Shown here: in pieces, positions 24,978 through 26,466 of the stretch
How positions within the stretch are numbered: the first letter of the stretch is position 1
Layout of the letters: the number at the start of each line of letters is the position of its first letter
IMG/VR virus record: IMGVR_UViG_3300032225_001105
Coordinates: 1 to 26,466 of that record
Origin: a virus
Taxonomy: Duplodnaviria; Caudoviricetes
Strand: one strand, 5' to 3'
Length of the DNA: 26,466 nt
Notes under the pieces: model-generated
Seen by the model: the letters and a program-made list of their open reading frames with translations, nothing else
Told to the model about the DNA's origin: nothing
Databases searched by the model: none
Made by a program: the position numbers and the translations under genes

Positions 24978-25360
24978 AGCCGCTCTTGCTACTCGCCGCC
25001 GGGCTGGTGCTGATATTCGGAATCCCTGACCTCTCCGGGATTCGCTGGCCCGTGTCCATTGTGGCGACGCCGGAGTTGCCGACGGCTGCAGTGTACGTCT
25101 ACGAGAAAGACGTGACTGCGGTTCCGACCGGCGTGGTTGTTGGGCTGAACCTGCTGAACCGCGACCGCGGCATCGTCGCCAATCTCTATGAGGCTGACAC
25201 CACGGACGGGACCGGTGACGTTCCGGATCAGTATCGGAGCGCGTTGGCGGCGGCCACAGCGTCGGGCCTGCCGGCCTTGGTTGTGCTGTCGGGTACTACG
25301 GTGCTGTCAGTGACGCCAGCCCCTAAGGATTCCGATGCGATCGTGAGGGCGGTTCCATGA
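24974..25360 (+). CDS. Exported/anchored protein, possible degenerate thioredoxin-like fold without CxxC
   Basis: Signal-like N-terminus MKPLLLLAAGLVLIFG; YVYE...LPALVV pattern. Confidence 0.5.
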   Translation: MKPLLLLAAGLVLIFGIPDLSGIRWPVSIVATPELPTAAVYVYEKDVTAVPTGVVVGLNLLNRDRGIVANLYEADTTDGTGDVPDQYRSALAAATASGLPALVVLSGTTVLSVTPAPKDSDAIVRAVP

Positions 25361-26238
25361 GCATTGACCCGAAGCTCATCGACGTTTTCCCGGCCGAGCC
25401 GGACGGTTATCCCGACCACTTGGCGGCTGAGGATACGGACGACGTTCTGCGTGACGTGTGCGGGGCTGCCAGCAGGGAGTTTCCCGATTCTCTGTGGATC
25501 GAGCCTCGGGATTGGGCGGATGCCGCCGCTGACAACGACCGCTATAAGACGTGGCCTGTCAACTTTTGTGACAGATTTACCTACCAGGGTCCGCGATCGC
25601 ACGAGTGCACCTGCCACTCCCTCGTCGCCAATATGACGATCGCACGGAACCGGGCTCGATCGGTTATCTACGAGGACGGGCCGAAGGCGGATTTCCGTTA
25701 CCCCGACTCCGCGGCATTTGATTCGGTTTTCCTCTCACCACTCAGCGTGTATGCCGAAGCCAACCCCGACCAGTGGGGCGGCGCGAACGTGCGGCGGGTG
25801 ATGGAGATTGCTGTCCGTCGTGGTGTGCTGCCGGACACGCTGCAGCCCAAGGAATACGGATTCCGCCACTCGCTCCAAGGCACGTCGGGCCGTGGAAACA
25901 GCAATCAATCCGGCGGGCGGTGGATCCCGGTCGAGCGGTTCCCGGATGGGTGGAAGGACACCGCAAAGCATTTCCGTCCGCTGGAGGTGATCTTCCCGTC
26001 CAGCTTTGAGCAGGCGGTGTGCCTGGTGCTGCATGGCTACGCGGTGAGCGTGGGCCGCAACGGGCACGCCGTGCCGTGGGCACGGTGGGTTCACGGTGAA
26101 CGGCTGATGGAATACGTCGATTCATACGACATCCTCCGCTACGACTCCGAGAGGACCGCACGTTCTGCGTGGCGAGGATCGTTCGCGATTGCCACGGTGA
26201 CGCTCCCCGACGACTGGAGCCGGCCTGGTGCCGGGTGA
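25357..26238 (+). CDS. Papain-like (C1-type) cysteine peptidase
   Basis: YQG....ECTCHS (oxyanion Q plus catalytic C), LSPLSVY, GHAV, and DSY in place of NSW. Confidence 0.7.
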   Translation: MSIDPKLIDVFPAEPDGYPDHLAAEDTDDVLRDVCGAASREFPDSLWIEPRDWADAAADNDRYKTWPVNFCDRFTYQGPRSHECTCHSLVANMTIARNRARSVIYEDGPKADFRYPDSAAFDSVFLSPLSVYAEANPDQWGGANVRRVMEIAVRRGVLPDTLQPKEYGFRHSLQGTSGRGNSNQSGGRWIPVERFPDGWKDTAKHFRPLEVIFPSSFEQAVCLVLHGYAVSVGRNGHAVPWARWVHGERLMEYVDSYDILRYDSERTARSAWRGSFAIATVTLPDDWSRPGAG

Positions 26239-26242
26239 TTCC

Positions 26243-26466
26243 ATGCGTGGCCTACTTGTTTCGCTGGTGTTCGCGGCGTCCGCCATCGCTGGGCAGTGCG
26301 GATCGTGCGAGGGGACGCGGGTCCGCGGCACGGTTCCGCTGTTCTACCCCTGCCCGGATTGCGGCGGCACGGGCGAGGTGGCCGATCCGCCGGATGAAAA
26401 GGTGCGCGGTATTTCGGAACGAAAGCCTGGGCATCCCCGGCCCGCTGTCTGCCGGGTTGTCTCCAC
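26243..26466 (+). CDS. Partial exported protein with CxxCxG zinc-finger motifs (runs off the window)
   Basis: MRGLLVSLVFAASAIAG signal peptide, CGSCEG...CPDCGGTG; open to the end of the window. Confidence 0.6.
   Translation, partial: MRGLLVSLVFAASAIAGQCGSCEGTRVRGTVPLFYPCPDCGGTGEVADPPDEKVRGISERKPGHPRPAVCRVVS

Noticed and set aside
3643-26434. Many long antisense and alternate-frame ORFs (e.g. 5250..6056, 7742..8797, 21584..22324, 24073..24906)
   Set aside because: They are expected shadows in high-GC coding DNA; they overlap well-supported + strand genes and show no motifs.

Overview
The window is a segment of a GC-rich tailed-phage (siphovirus-like) genome or prophage, with all convincing genes on the + strand. 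A Planctomycetota host is inferred from gene style and attC style. 2.8-21.5 kb is a morphogenesis operon: gpW-like gene, lambda-type portal, protease-scaffold-capsid fusion, DUF2190, head closure, fibres, an embedded glycosylation trio, neck, two tail-tube-like paralogs, tail chaperone with a -1 frame partner, tape measure and tail tip. It is followed by a metallophosphoesterase/DUF6378 pair and a putative non-canonical lysis module (membrane proteins plus a papain-like protease). The standout is 1-2360: an array of small genes separated by five attC-like hairpins with integron geometry. Each cassette's two ends are mutually complementary, which is the recombination signature. The attC sites are inverted relative to the genes, so each lies upstream of its gene. 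Two attC loops contain the gene's RBS and start codon. The array ends in an attI-like half site with no integrase next to it. All calls were made by eye; no database searches were run.
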